DNA of 64,000 nt. Origin: Sphagnum compactum. Taxonomy: Eukaryota. The stretch covers positions 682,001 through 746,000 of the forward strand of contig OZ234493.1 of NCBI GenBank assembly GCA_965153455.1, in the 5' to 3' direction. How positions within the stretch are numbered: position 1 is the first letter of the stretch; the number at the start of each line of letters is the position of its first letter. The translations under genes and the position numbers were made by a program. The notes under the pieces are model-generated. The model made no database searches, had not been told where the DNA came from, and was given only the letters and a program-made list of their open reading frames with translations. Of the stretch, positions 53,990-64,000 are shown piece by piece.

Positions 53990-54663
53990 GCAACATACGG
54001 CAAAACATTAGTTTTGTAGGCCCCAAGATTCCTACATCGTATAGTGTTGATTGAGTGGTGCTCATGAATATTGTAGCAAATTTTGGAATCATTAACTTCT
54101 AAACGCTTGTTGGTCAAGGATTCATATACCTAAGTTCCACAATGTTGGAAGGCATTAAAAAATTGCTGATCATGACCCCACATAAGACACCTTGGGGAAC
54201 AACAATTTATCAAGAGTGGGTTCCCATGTCCAACCTTGAATGCTTGTACAACTTGAAGATCCCAATTTGGTGCACATTAAATATGTTATCATTGGAATAC
54301 ATGTAATTAGATAAAAAGATTACAACCCAAATTGAAAGGGTTTTTGGTAAAAATCCAAATAACCATAAGAGAAGAGACCTTAGGTTCTATGTGGTAATGG
54401 ATATAGAGCTTGGTTGGGTTTTGGCAATTGGCATTCTAGGGATTGGGGGAGAAGAAACAGAAGTGGTGATTGATTTTGAGAGATACCCCATCACATGTCG
54501 TTTCTATAACAACCTCTTACATCTCTTGGGGGAATGTCAGGCCTTTTGTGCGAAAAGAAACATAGTAAGGAAGACATTTGGGAGAAGAAATAATGGGAAA
54601 GATGAAACCAACAAGAAAGACATGAAAGGGGAGTTGAATAAGGAGGTGATGCAAGAGAAATAG
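53990..54663 (+). pseudogene. L1-type LINE ORF1 remnant (DUF4283/zinc-knuckle region)
   Basis: IPIWCTLNMLSLEY...RFYVVMDIELGWV...VVIDFERYPITCRFYNNLLHLLGEC (degenerate CCHC); no ORF2 seen. Confidence 0.65.
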
Positions 54664-54976
54664 AACAAAGGTAGGATGAAGAGTGGTGAGGTACCTCAAG
54701 AATTGATGTGTAGTGTTAGGTGCCTTCAAGCATATCAAGATGGTTTATTGTGGTTATAAGAAGGAAAAGTCAAGGAATGTTTAAAGGAGTGCACTCAAGC
54801 AAAGATGGCCAACATAACCAAGATGTGTTAAAGAAGGATGGAGGGAAAGATGATGTAATACCTTCACAAATTCATGCCTTAATTAGGAAAAATAATAAGC
54901 CCATAAATCGACATTGGAAAATGTGGCAAGGTCAACTTCCGAGGTGCATAAAAAAACATGTGGATTAAAGAACGGG

Positions 54977-55156
54977 CACTATTACGAGATGCGGTCCTAG
55001 CCACTATGCATTCCACTCATTTTCTAGTGGATTGAACCAATTCCACTACAATGACATTATAGTGTCATCTTGCCCAATCGAGTGGAATTGACAAGTGAAC
55101 GGGGTCACATGGCAATGACTAGTGGAATCCTAGTGGATTAGTCTATTGTAATGGTA
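54977..55156. mobile_element. Degenerate mini-CACTA-like element
   Basis: CACTATTACGA start, imperfect inverted end (TTGTAATGGTA), CCACT/AGTGG repeats; no matching TSD. Confidence 0.35.
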
Positions 55157-55734
55157 TGAACTACCCAAGACAATGGTGAGTGGATTATCCCTTGTGATCC
55201 TTAAGTTAAATACATATTGATGTTTTGGTGATTACATGGTGATTTTCTTGTGACTACTCGACCTATTGTTCTAGTGGGTGTATATTAATCTTTTGGTGAT
55301 TGCATAAAATGATATTATTAAAATGGTTGCACATCAATCTTTGTGTCATGGGTCCATAGTGTTTCTTGTGACTAGCTATATTAATGATTTCAAAAAGTTT
55401 CAATGTGTGCACACCATATTACATGCATGAGTAACCACATCTTCTATTAATATATTTTTTAGTTTGATGGATTAACATGTTACTTTCACACTTTAATTCT
55501 AAATATTATTTCCATTAACATTCATCATTGTAGGGTGCAATAGTAGGGGTTAGGTTCACTATTGGGTGGTGGGACTGATCATTGTACTCCATGTCATTAA
55601 ATCTATTAATCACTTGGAGGTTGTTTATATAGAAGTTCACCTTAATCCAAATCTTCCAATTGCCATTTTTCTTGTGTGTAATCCTAATCACACATCACAT
55701 TGGAATTCACAAAGCTTGAATCCTTAAGAGTTGT

Positions 55735-56450
55735 GTCATTTTGGCACATGTCATTTTATTTTTCCCATGAACAATTTTGGTCGTTCACATAGCTAGAAGG
55801 TCCATACGTTACCTTTGTTAAAGGTGTGACAATCTACCCTAATCACCAAATACTATAATGTCACTCATATCATATTAAAGCCTACATGTCATCAAGTCAT
55901 AAAGTTTATTCCCTAAGATTCAAATCAATGCCCCATACATGCACATGTCCACAACTCCATATATGCCACATCTTCACAAGCAATATTGGTCATTATGGTA
56001 CATGTCACTTTATTTTTTTTCACTCAAACATGGTCATTCACATAGCAAGATGGTCCATACACTACCTTCACTAAATTGAAAATCTATCTTAGCTAGTCAC
56101 CAAACATTGTCATTGATTTCCTATCACTACTTGGCTTATGTATCAATAAATCATAATTAAAGCTTAACTTTGTTAAAACTCAACTCATTGCCCCATACAT
56201 GCCAATATATACATCCCCACAAGTAAGATTGGTCATTTTGGCACATGTGACTTATTTTGCTCATTCAAGTGTGGTCACTCACATAGCTAGGTGGTTTGAA
56301 TACATGATACATTGCCTTCACTAAAGTGACAATCTACCAAGTCACAAAGTGTTATCTCATTCCTCTCACATCACTAAGGCCTACATCAATAAGTTAGAAA
56401 GCCTATAAGGTGTGTTGAAACTCAAGTCATTACTTCATATGTGCACATCC
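55735..56450. repeat. Degenerate tandem repeat, ~3 x 245-255 bp
   Basis: GTCATT(T/A)TGG(C/T)ACATGT...CACATAGC(T/A)AG at ~55735, 55989 and 56232. Confidence 0.8.
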
Positions 56451-59068
56451 CTAGTAGAAGATGATGGTATAAACTTGATCTTCCTCTGATCCATTTGTCA
56501 ACCCAAGGAATGTTCCTACCACACACACCAATTTGCCACATGCTACAACATGAATAAATTGAATGGTAGCCCCACATTTTTAACCACACCCTATTTAGGG
56601 GTGCCCAAAGGGTATCAAAATCCCCCATGCAAGTAAGTTCCATTATAAAACATAACCATCACAATCAAGCTTTCAAATTAAACACAAGGACATTTACATC
56701 TTTAACAACCATTCATTTGTCACCCATACTTGTGGCCATTCAACAATTCTAGTGAAATTATTTCCATATGACTTAGGTGTTAATTGGGTGTCACAACTTC
56801 ACCATCACATTCAAAACTCTAACCATTAGCACATTAAATGTTCACAACTCTACTAAATCAATATGGTAAATCATTTAAATGTCATTTGGATGTCACTCAT
56901 CCATCACTCTTAAATGTGCCTCACTAGCACATTAGAAATTTGCATCCTTTAAAGTATTAAACCATTATAATGAAATCACTTTTACATATCACTTAGGTGT
57001 CATTCAACATCATTTTCAAGATTTTAACATTGACACATCAAATTTTGAATCCATTATTAGACCACTATGGTAAAATCATTTAGGTGTCACTTGGGTTATA
57101 TTCATCCATTGTCAACCTCACCTTATTAGCACATCATAAGTTCACATTCATTGTTAGACCATTCTAACAAGTTCATCACATGTCATCTCGTTTCATTGAC
57201 TATCATCTTAAAAAATTATTGCTAGAACACATCAAATGTTCACACTCATTGCTAGATGATTATTCTTAAATAGGCAATGTTGACATGGTGCCTAGCCCTT
57301 GTGACATTTACCACGAAAGTATTTCCTAGGACTAAGAAATTCAATGCCAAACCCAACCACAAAAAAACAAGGTCTAGGGTGTATACATGAACATGACATT
57401 AGAATAAAGATTGATTGATTTTATATCCTATTAACAACAAGTCTACACCTTCACAATTCTTTTAGGATTCTTCAAGAACTTTCTTGTTCTCCTTCATCAA
57501 TTTTGCATTGACAATTGTGTGAGTTTGGCAATTTGTGCCTTTGCAATGCTGGGCACCAGCATCCCCCCCCCCCCCCCCCCCCCACACACACACATGGCCT
57601 CCTTGGTTTCCTTTTCCACATCTTGAATCTTTACAATATCCAAAGGATTTATAAAACAAGACAAGACCACAATTTCATAAACAAAAATTGCAAAAACAAA
57701 ATAAAAGACAAGAAAGACACAAAATAAAACCAATGTGTTTGTTAATTCTTTTGAACTTGAAAGTTCAAGAGAGTTAACTTTGAGAAACAACTTTTAATTA
57801 CATATGGATGCAAGGGCTTGCTCTTGGAGGTTCCCAAGTTCCTAAGAGGATATTGAACTGATGTGTCTAATGTTAGCCAATATTTTGGAACCCATAATTA
57901 TCTCCAAAGATCTTATCAAAAAAATTGTGCCCTAAATTGGCCATCACATCTCAAAAGGTTTGGTTTGGCATTTGAAAGTAATAGTGCGAATAAAATCATA
58001 AATTATAAATCTAATGCCCAACCTAGGAAACAAAGGAGGGGGAGTTAAAATTGAGTGTAGTCTTACCTCAATTTATTACAGGAAGGATTATACCTAGTTG
58101 ATTATTTCATCCATCATCACAAGCTTACCTATTATATCCATCCAAATTTTTTGAAAAAATTCCACCTAAAAAGAATTAGAAAAAATTGGATTCCATACTA
58201 ATAACCCACTTGAAGTCCCTATTCAAAGCTAAAGAAGTTTATGTATTGTTTCACCATCTAGTACGTGAAAGGTGGGAGGGGGTGGGGAGGTGGGGTGACA
58301 CTACTCGAAAAAAATAAAAAATACATGAGTAAAAATATAAGGTGCAATATATTGGTTGTCATGTAAAAATTATAAGTTAATTAGTTCAAAAATAGTTTAT
58401 GTATATTTTGAAAATAAATTTGTAATTAATATAGGGTTTGCGTAAATTTTTAATATTAAAAAAATTATTAAAAAATAGCATGTGCATTAAAGATTTAAAG
58501 TACTAGTTGTTAGTAGGTTCAATTACCATTAGTTTTCTTTCTAGGTGAACTTTTCGCCCCTTTGTTTTTTTTTTTTTTTTGGGGTTCATGGTCTTCTTAT
58601 TCTATTCATGAATGTGCATGGTCAACTTTTGTTCCCAATCATAATCTATGTGTGTTGTAGCATTCACTACTAGAAATTTGCCATTTTGCAACTGTCGTAT
58701 GCAACTGGTTTTCAGTTGCATGCGACACATGCAACTGCAAATTCGCCTAGTTGCATAAGACAAGTTGCATGCGACCAACCGTATAATGGGACAGTACGTA
58801 TATGACAAGTATATACGATTGGGTTATACGGTCTCATCCACCCATATTCTATACTAACAGTTGTAAGTGCGACTGCATGCAACTACAGGGGTTGCGTTCC
58901 CATTGAACTAGCTAGCCCAATTGTATGCGAACACGGGAATTTTTATTTTGTAATTAAATATTTAGTTTTAATAATACTTTAATTAATCTAGACCGTCCAA
59001 GTCATAGTCGTTGGGATGCGGACATGTCTTGGATCAACCATGCTATGTCATTGTGCACGTGGGGAAGA

Positions 59069-60010
59069 TTAGGGTTAGGGTTAGGGTTAGGGTTTTTCAT
59101 CGTACCTTTTATAGTGCGCCACATGGCAGCACAACAACTATTAGATTTAGTTGCAAATGCAACTGCTGGCCCATGTTTTAGGGTTAGGGTTAGGGTTAGG
59201 GCTTTTCATCGTACCGTTGATAGTGCGCCACATGGCAGCACAACAACTGTTAGACTTAGTTGCAAATGCAACTGCTGGCCCATGTTTTAGGGTTAGGGTT
59301 AGGGCTTTTCATCGTATCGTTTATAGTGCGCCACATGGCAGCATAACAACTGTTAGATTTAGTTGCAAATGCAACTGCTGGCCCATGTTTTAGGGTTAGG
59401 GTTAGGGCTTTTCATCGTATCGTTTATAGTGCGCCACATGGCAGCACAACAACTGTTAGATTTAGTTGCAAATGCAACTACTGGCCCATGTTTTAGGGTT
59501 ACGGTTAGGGTTAGGGTTTTTCATCAGACTGTTTATAGTGCGCCACATGGCAGCACAACAATTGTTAGATTTAGTTGCAAATGCAACTGCTGGCCCATGT
59601 CTTAGGGTTAGGGTTAGGGTTAGGGTTTTCATCGTACCGTTAATAGTGTGCCACATGGCAGCACAACAACTGTTAGATTTAGTTGCAAATGCAACTGCTT
59701 GCCCATGTTTTAGGGTTACGATTAGGGTCAGGGTTTTTCATTAGACCGTTTATAGTGCACCACATGGCAGCACAACAATTGTTAGATTTAGTTGCAAATG
59801 CAACTGCTGGCCCATGTTTTAGGGTTAGGGTTAGGGTTAGGGTTTTTCATCAAACCGTTTATAGTGTGCCACATGGCAGCACAACAACTGTTAGATTTAG
59901 TTGCAAATGCAACTACTAGCCCATGTTTTAAGGTTAGGGTTAGGGTTTTCCATGATACATGTTAAACATGTTTTAGGGTTAGGGTTTAGGGTAAGGGTTA
60001 GGGTTTAGGG
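59069..60010. repeat. Array of 8 x 103-109-bp units each with (TTAGGG)3-4, plus a terminal mixed TTAGGG/TTTAGGG tract
   Basis: Tracts start at 59069, 59178, 59287, 59390, 59493, 59602, 59710, 59819 and 59928. Confidence 0.97.
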
Positions 60011-60425
60011 TCATGATGTATCAGGATTAGTTGCATTAACCATTGCCACATTAGCATTAGTAGCACACCTACACCTACTTTAACTAATGTACATTATACA
60101 TATCAGGTCTTTATTATATTCCTCTAGTGCTGAAAAATCAACCAATAAATATTACACACATAGATTTGTGATTTGCAATTTTGCATGTCAAAAATCTGCA
60201 ATTACTTAACCAACAAATTACCCTTTGTCATAACATTGAAATTCCATCTAATGGTGTTTAATGGCCATTGTTCCAATTACAGCAACCAGGAATCCATCAC
60301 TCTATCAGGTCTATTAAACCTGACAATGTCTAAAATATCATTGACATCCAAAAAAGGCCATAACTACTCATTAGGGTTTTAGAATTCAAAAATCAACTAG
60401 CTCCCGACCTATAGTGCCCCTAACT

Positions 60426-60700
60426 TAAGCATGCTTTTGCATTAGACGACCTTCCCATACAGTGTTTGAACCTATTACATCCTTTAACACACATTGTGGG
60501 GGATCATCATTCTCATTTGGCACCAACAACAGGGTGTTGCTTTTACCTGCCACAATTTCACTTAATTGGACTCGGAACCATGACTCTTTGACTAGCACCC
60601 CATGGTGGACACATCCTTATCCTCCAACACTTGTTATCAGCCCCTTTACTACAACCTCCGCATCAATGTTACATAAGGCAATTGCTTCCCCTACTTTAAA
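60426..60700 (-). pseudogene. Terminal exon, Tnp1/En/Spm-like (Transposase_23-type) domain, one in-frame stop
   Basis: FKVGEAIALCNIDAEVVVKGLITSVGG*GCVHHGVLVKESWFRVQL...LLVPNENDDPPQCVLKDVIGSNTVWEGRL. Confidence 0.7.
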
Positions 60701-61284
60701 CTGCACATCAACCAATAAAGAACCTTCATTCAATTTACCATGAGCAACCAATTTAGGAAAATGGAATTTTTGTTACAACATTGTGTCAAACAGGGCATTT
60801 GTGTTCCCTAGTTATGAATCATAGAAACTCAAGAGCATGTTGGTATTAACTTACCTGTTGCCTTGCCTTCTCTCCTGCTTGCCCCACCTTTGCACCAATA
60901 TTAGAGCGTAGCCGACTGCTCACACCTCTTTCAGGTGCTGGCATAATTGCGGCCTTTTTTTGCACTTTCTGCCACACCAAATCCATCAATGAATACAAAT
61001 GTGAAACCATGTCAATGATTTCCCTTGAAGCTTGTATGCACCTAGACCCCAAACAATGTGGGTATGTTCTTAATCTTTAGATTGTAACAGAAAGAACAAC
61101 AGATCTAGCTTCCACAATCTAACTTATGTCCTATTTTAGCCATGTAGTTGGTGGAATTCCCAACATCCCACACATATGCCACATTTGATATACACTGCAA
61201 GAGTATTCCCACAATTGAACAATCCATAGCATTGTGTATACTCTAACTTTAATGTGTTGGTCATGTTGGGCACTTAGATCGTAC

Positions 61285-61860
61285 CTTCGAGGGTGGGCGT
61301 TTAGGGTTGCTCTCATCTACACAGTCACCGCCTTTGCAAGCTACTCCAACTTGAATGTCCTTCCTTAACATATTAGGATTCTGCCCCATATCCTCTCCTA
61401 TTAGCACATAGTTGGGGATATCCTCTCCTACTAGCACAGTGTTGGGGACATGTGAAGGGACAACACCATCCCCTTGTTGGCCCACCCCTGTTCCTGTAGA
61501 CATACGATGGGCTTTTGGAGCCAATTGTGTGGCACTGTCAACCACTGTTGTGCCTGACCCTCGTCCATCAAGATCTGAATGAAGAACCTCATGCAGGCTT
61601 TTTGCAACAACAAAAATCTCAAGGGATTTAGTCCTTGCAGGAACATCTACCTCTTCAATGTTCACAGTGGCTGCAATAGTTTTTGGGATTCTCACATTCA
61701 CACCATCTTCTCGACATGCTAGCAATTGTTGCATGAAATCTTCTACCTTAGCATTTAATTTATCCATCCCTTCAAGAACTTGGGAAACTTGGCCACTCAT
61801 CTCTGGCAGCTTCTTTTCAATGGCAGTAATTCGAGAAAACCAATTGGGAGATCCCGATGC
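61285..61860 (-). CDS. Internal exon of the CACTA TnpA-like gene (coiled-coil plus low-complexity linker)
   Basis: Open frame RITAIEKKLPEMSGQVSQVLEGMDKLNAKVEDFMQQLL...; GCAG acceptor ~61861 and GAAG|GTAC donor ~61284. Confidence 0.55.
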
Positions 61861-62800
61861 CTGCCCAATAAACCCATCAAAAGATTTTTATAAATCCAAC
61901 ATAAGTATTCCACTTACTAATTACTATCAAACTCATGAAGGCAGAAAAAAAAATGAATATCTTTCATGAGAATAGAGAAATCTCCGTTCTCACAATGAAG
62001 AAGAAACAACAAGGCTAACACTTCCTCAAGAAGCCACAGAAAGAACCAAACAAGGGAAGACAAGAAACAAAAGAAAAACAAAATTCAGAATATCAGATTG
62101 GGCAAGATTGGAGACCACATATGCACCAACAGGAGAATTAAGAGATATCAGGAAATACAGAATGACAGATCTGGACAACACAGAATGAAGGATCTGGAAT
62201 ACTGGAGCCGATGATTTTGATTCAAGAGATACTGCTAAGGAAACCACTGTTGAAATACTTAAAATTGTCAATGAGGCAGTAGATGATACTTCATCCACCA
62301 TTGGAAGCTCAAGTGTGAAGCAATTGCATGAAACAACAACTTATGGAGCTTGAATCCACAGGGTCATTATGCCACAGTAGACACAGTACCTGATGATATC
62401 ATTTCCAAGACCATGTCTATTTCATAATATTATAGTTTTCAGTCATCTTAGAGTTTGCACACAGAAGGAAAAAACACCTAATATCAGCCATACTACTGGC
62501 TAGCAACAGACACCACAACAAAGACCAGATAAAGAAACAAAGAACGACAGAAAGGGAAAGGACAGGGAAAGACAAATGAAACAGCTAGGAAAACTCACTG
62601 GGTACCCACGTGTGCCACTAAAATCTAGTCCCACAACAGCCATCTCAGATATTGATGGGCTTCGGTGTTGCTCAGATTTCTGCATTCACCCATTTCAGAT
62701 ATCATTTAGTGTTCAGCATTGTATGTGACATGTGAGTGCATAATAACTTCAACATATTGTAATTTCCATTTGGCCATCACAAAGGACTAGGGTTTTAGGG

Positions 62801-63760
62801 TTAACTTGCCAATTTTGCTTCTATAGCTGCCTTACCACCACGCCCAAGGTGGCTTACTTTTGCAATTGCCCCTCTTGCATCAACCATGTGTTCACTTTTA
62901 GTCTTGGTGTCACGTTGTTGCCAATATATTACTAATTTGTCCCATTGTTCTCGGTCCACTCCAAGTGGGCAGGCTTTGGCACCTTTCTGTGCATACCTTC
63001 TTTTTAAGCGTGCTCTTTCTCCTTTCATATATCGCCTTACACAATTCCTAAAGCCAGCAGCACTTAATTCACCACCTACATATTCAAATTTCCCATCCAA
63101 GTGCAAGCGGAGTCTAGCCATGTCTATAGGGTCCTGTTCTGTAACCTTAACCACTGCCATGTTCAAAGTCCGAGGTGCTAGAGACCTAATTGCACCATCC
63201 CATGCATCCTTCCCTTCACATGCACCATCAATTTGGCCATGCCTTGTCACTTGCACCTTATGGCCTGGCAAGCCTTTCTCCTTTCGTTCTTGGGCTTCAA
63301 ATTCTATAGCTTGCTTTGAAGCCCGTTGTTGCATACGACTTTCAGCGAAAACCTTGAGCTGGGCATCTACTTCTATTTCATTGTCCAAGGCCATGTCTGG
63401 TGCTTGCCCGCCCATGGGTGAATGTGGTTGCACCCTTTGACATAGCCCCTGATCACATACACCCCCTCCTTCACCCCATGTTGATTCACACATGTTGCTT
63501 CTAGCCCTTCCACAAGTGGCACAACAATTTGTAAGTCCCTTGTGCCCAGGGCTCAATCTTACCTTCCAATTAAGACATTGTGACACTTGGCAACAACTCC
63601 ACTGTCTTGTCTGCCCACATTGTCCAGCATTCCATGTGCATTCTGAACTTCCAACACCATGTTTACATGCCTGATTATTGCACCTTGCAAAGTCACCACC
63701 ATGCTTGCCACTTTGTACTGTTGCCGATGTGTTCTTTTGTAGCCCAGTGGCATTCACCAT
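62801..63760 (-). CDS. CACTA TnpA-like exon (Ptta/En/Spm plant transposase, Transposase_24-type)
   Basis: CPLGVDREQWDKLVIYWQQRDTKTKSEHMVDARG...HLGRGG matches the family pattern; the true start probably lies in upstream exons. Confidence 0.8.
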   Translation of the reverse strand: MVNATGLQKNTSATVQSGKHGGDFARCNNQACKHGVGSSECTWNAGQCGQTRQWSCCQVSQCLNWKVRLSPGHKGLTNCCATCGRARSNMCESTWGEGGGVCDQGLCQRVQPHSPMGGQAPDMALDNEIEVDAQLKVFAESRMQQRASKQAIEFEAQERKEKGLPGHKVQVTRHGQIDGACEGKDAWDGAIRSLAPRTLNMAVVKVTEQDPIDMARLRLHLDGKFEYVGGELSAAGFRNCVRRYMKGERARLKRRYAQKGAKACPLGVDREQWDKLVIYWQQRDTKTKSEHMVDARGAIAKVSHLGRGGKAAIEAKLAS

Positions 63761-64000
63761 ATTGATTTCTGGTTCGGTTTCAACCTGAGCTTTCTTTCAT
63801 GTTACTTTCTTTTCTCAAGCACACACACAACATGTTATACATAGGGAATGGGTAGAAGCTAGCAAAAAATACAGTCTGGTCATATATTGTCAACATGAGA
63901 CATGTAAATCCAAAAAAAACAGAGATTCCTATGGCAAACTTTTCAATCATGAACAACCCTAATCACACAAATAGGGCTATATATCAAAGGCATGCACATA

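Larger units (their letters stand above)
58665..64000 (-). mobile_element. CACTA (En/Spm) transposon, 3' end; extends beyond the window
   Basis: ATT|CACTACTAGAAA terminus, dense GCAACT/AGTTGC subterminal repeats 58680-58930, TnpA-like exons internally. Confidence 0.88.

Noticed and set aside
57563-57593. Poly-C/(CA)n tract giving poly-Pro/Gly ORFs
   Set aside because: Simple sequence repeat
59024-59919. Repetitive ORFs (LGLGLG / RVRVRV) over the TTAGGG array
   Set aside because: Translations of the tandem unit in several frames; no evidence of coding
59069-59945. CRISPR array or a true chromosome end
   Set aside because: Variable segments are short and mutually homologous, there are no cas genes, the context is eukaryotic, and the tracts are short and internal to a CACTA element
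62886-63440. 184-aa plus-strand ORF
   Set aside because: Antisense shadow of the TnpA-like exon

Overview
Eukaryotic, AT-rich, transposon-dense land-plant DNA (spliceosomal introns, ABRE motifs, plant CACTA/Harbinger/MULE/hAT/LINE remnants); a moss-like origin is only my inference. I can support one intact host gene: a 2-exon PMP3/RCI2-family small membrane protein (39910-40448) with a TATA box and two ABRE clusters. The rest is nested, mostly decayed mobile DNA: hAT and PIF/Harbinger remnants, mini-CACTA and Tc1/mariner MITEs with clear TSDs, a solo LTR that splits a SWIM finger, a LINE ORF1 remnant, and one end of a CACTA element whose subterminal region holds 8 units of ~109 bp, each with a (TTAGGG)3-4 tract. 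The most unusual structure is a ~11.7 kb segment (41244-52935) with Helitron-like ends and three tandem arrays. It has no Rep/helicase, but carries a TIR-less MULE-SWIM DDE gene, a convergent C2H2 zinc-finger gene and an orphan ORF. All family calls come from motif recognition by eye; no database searches were run.
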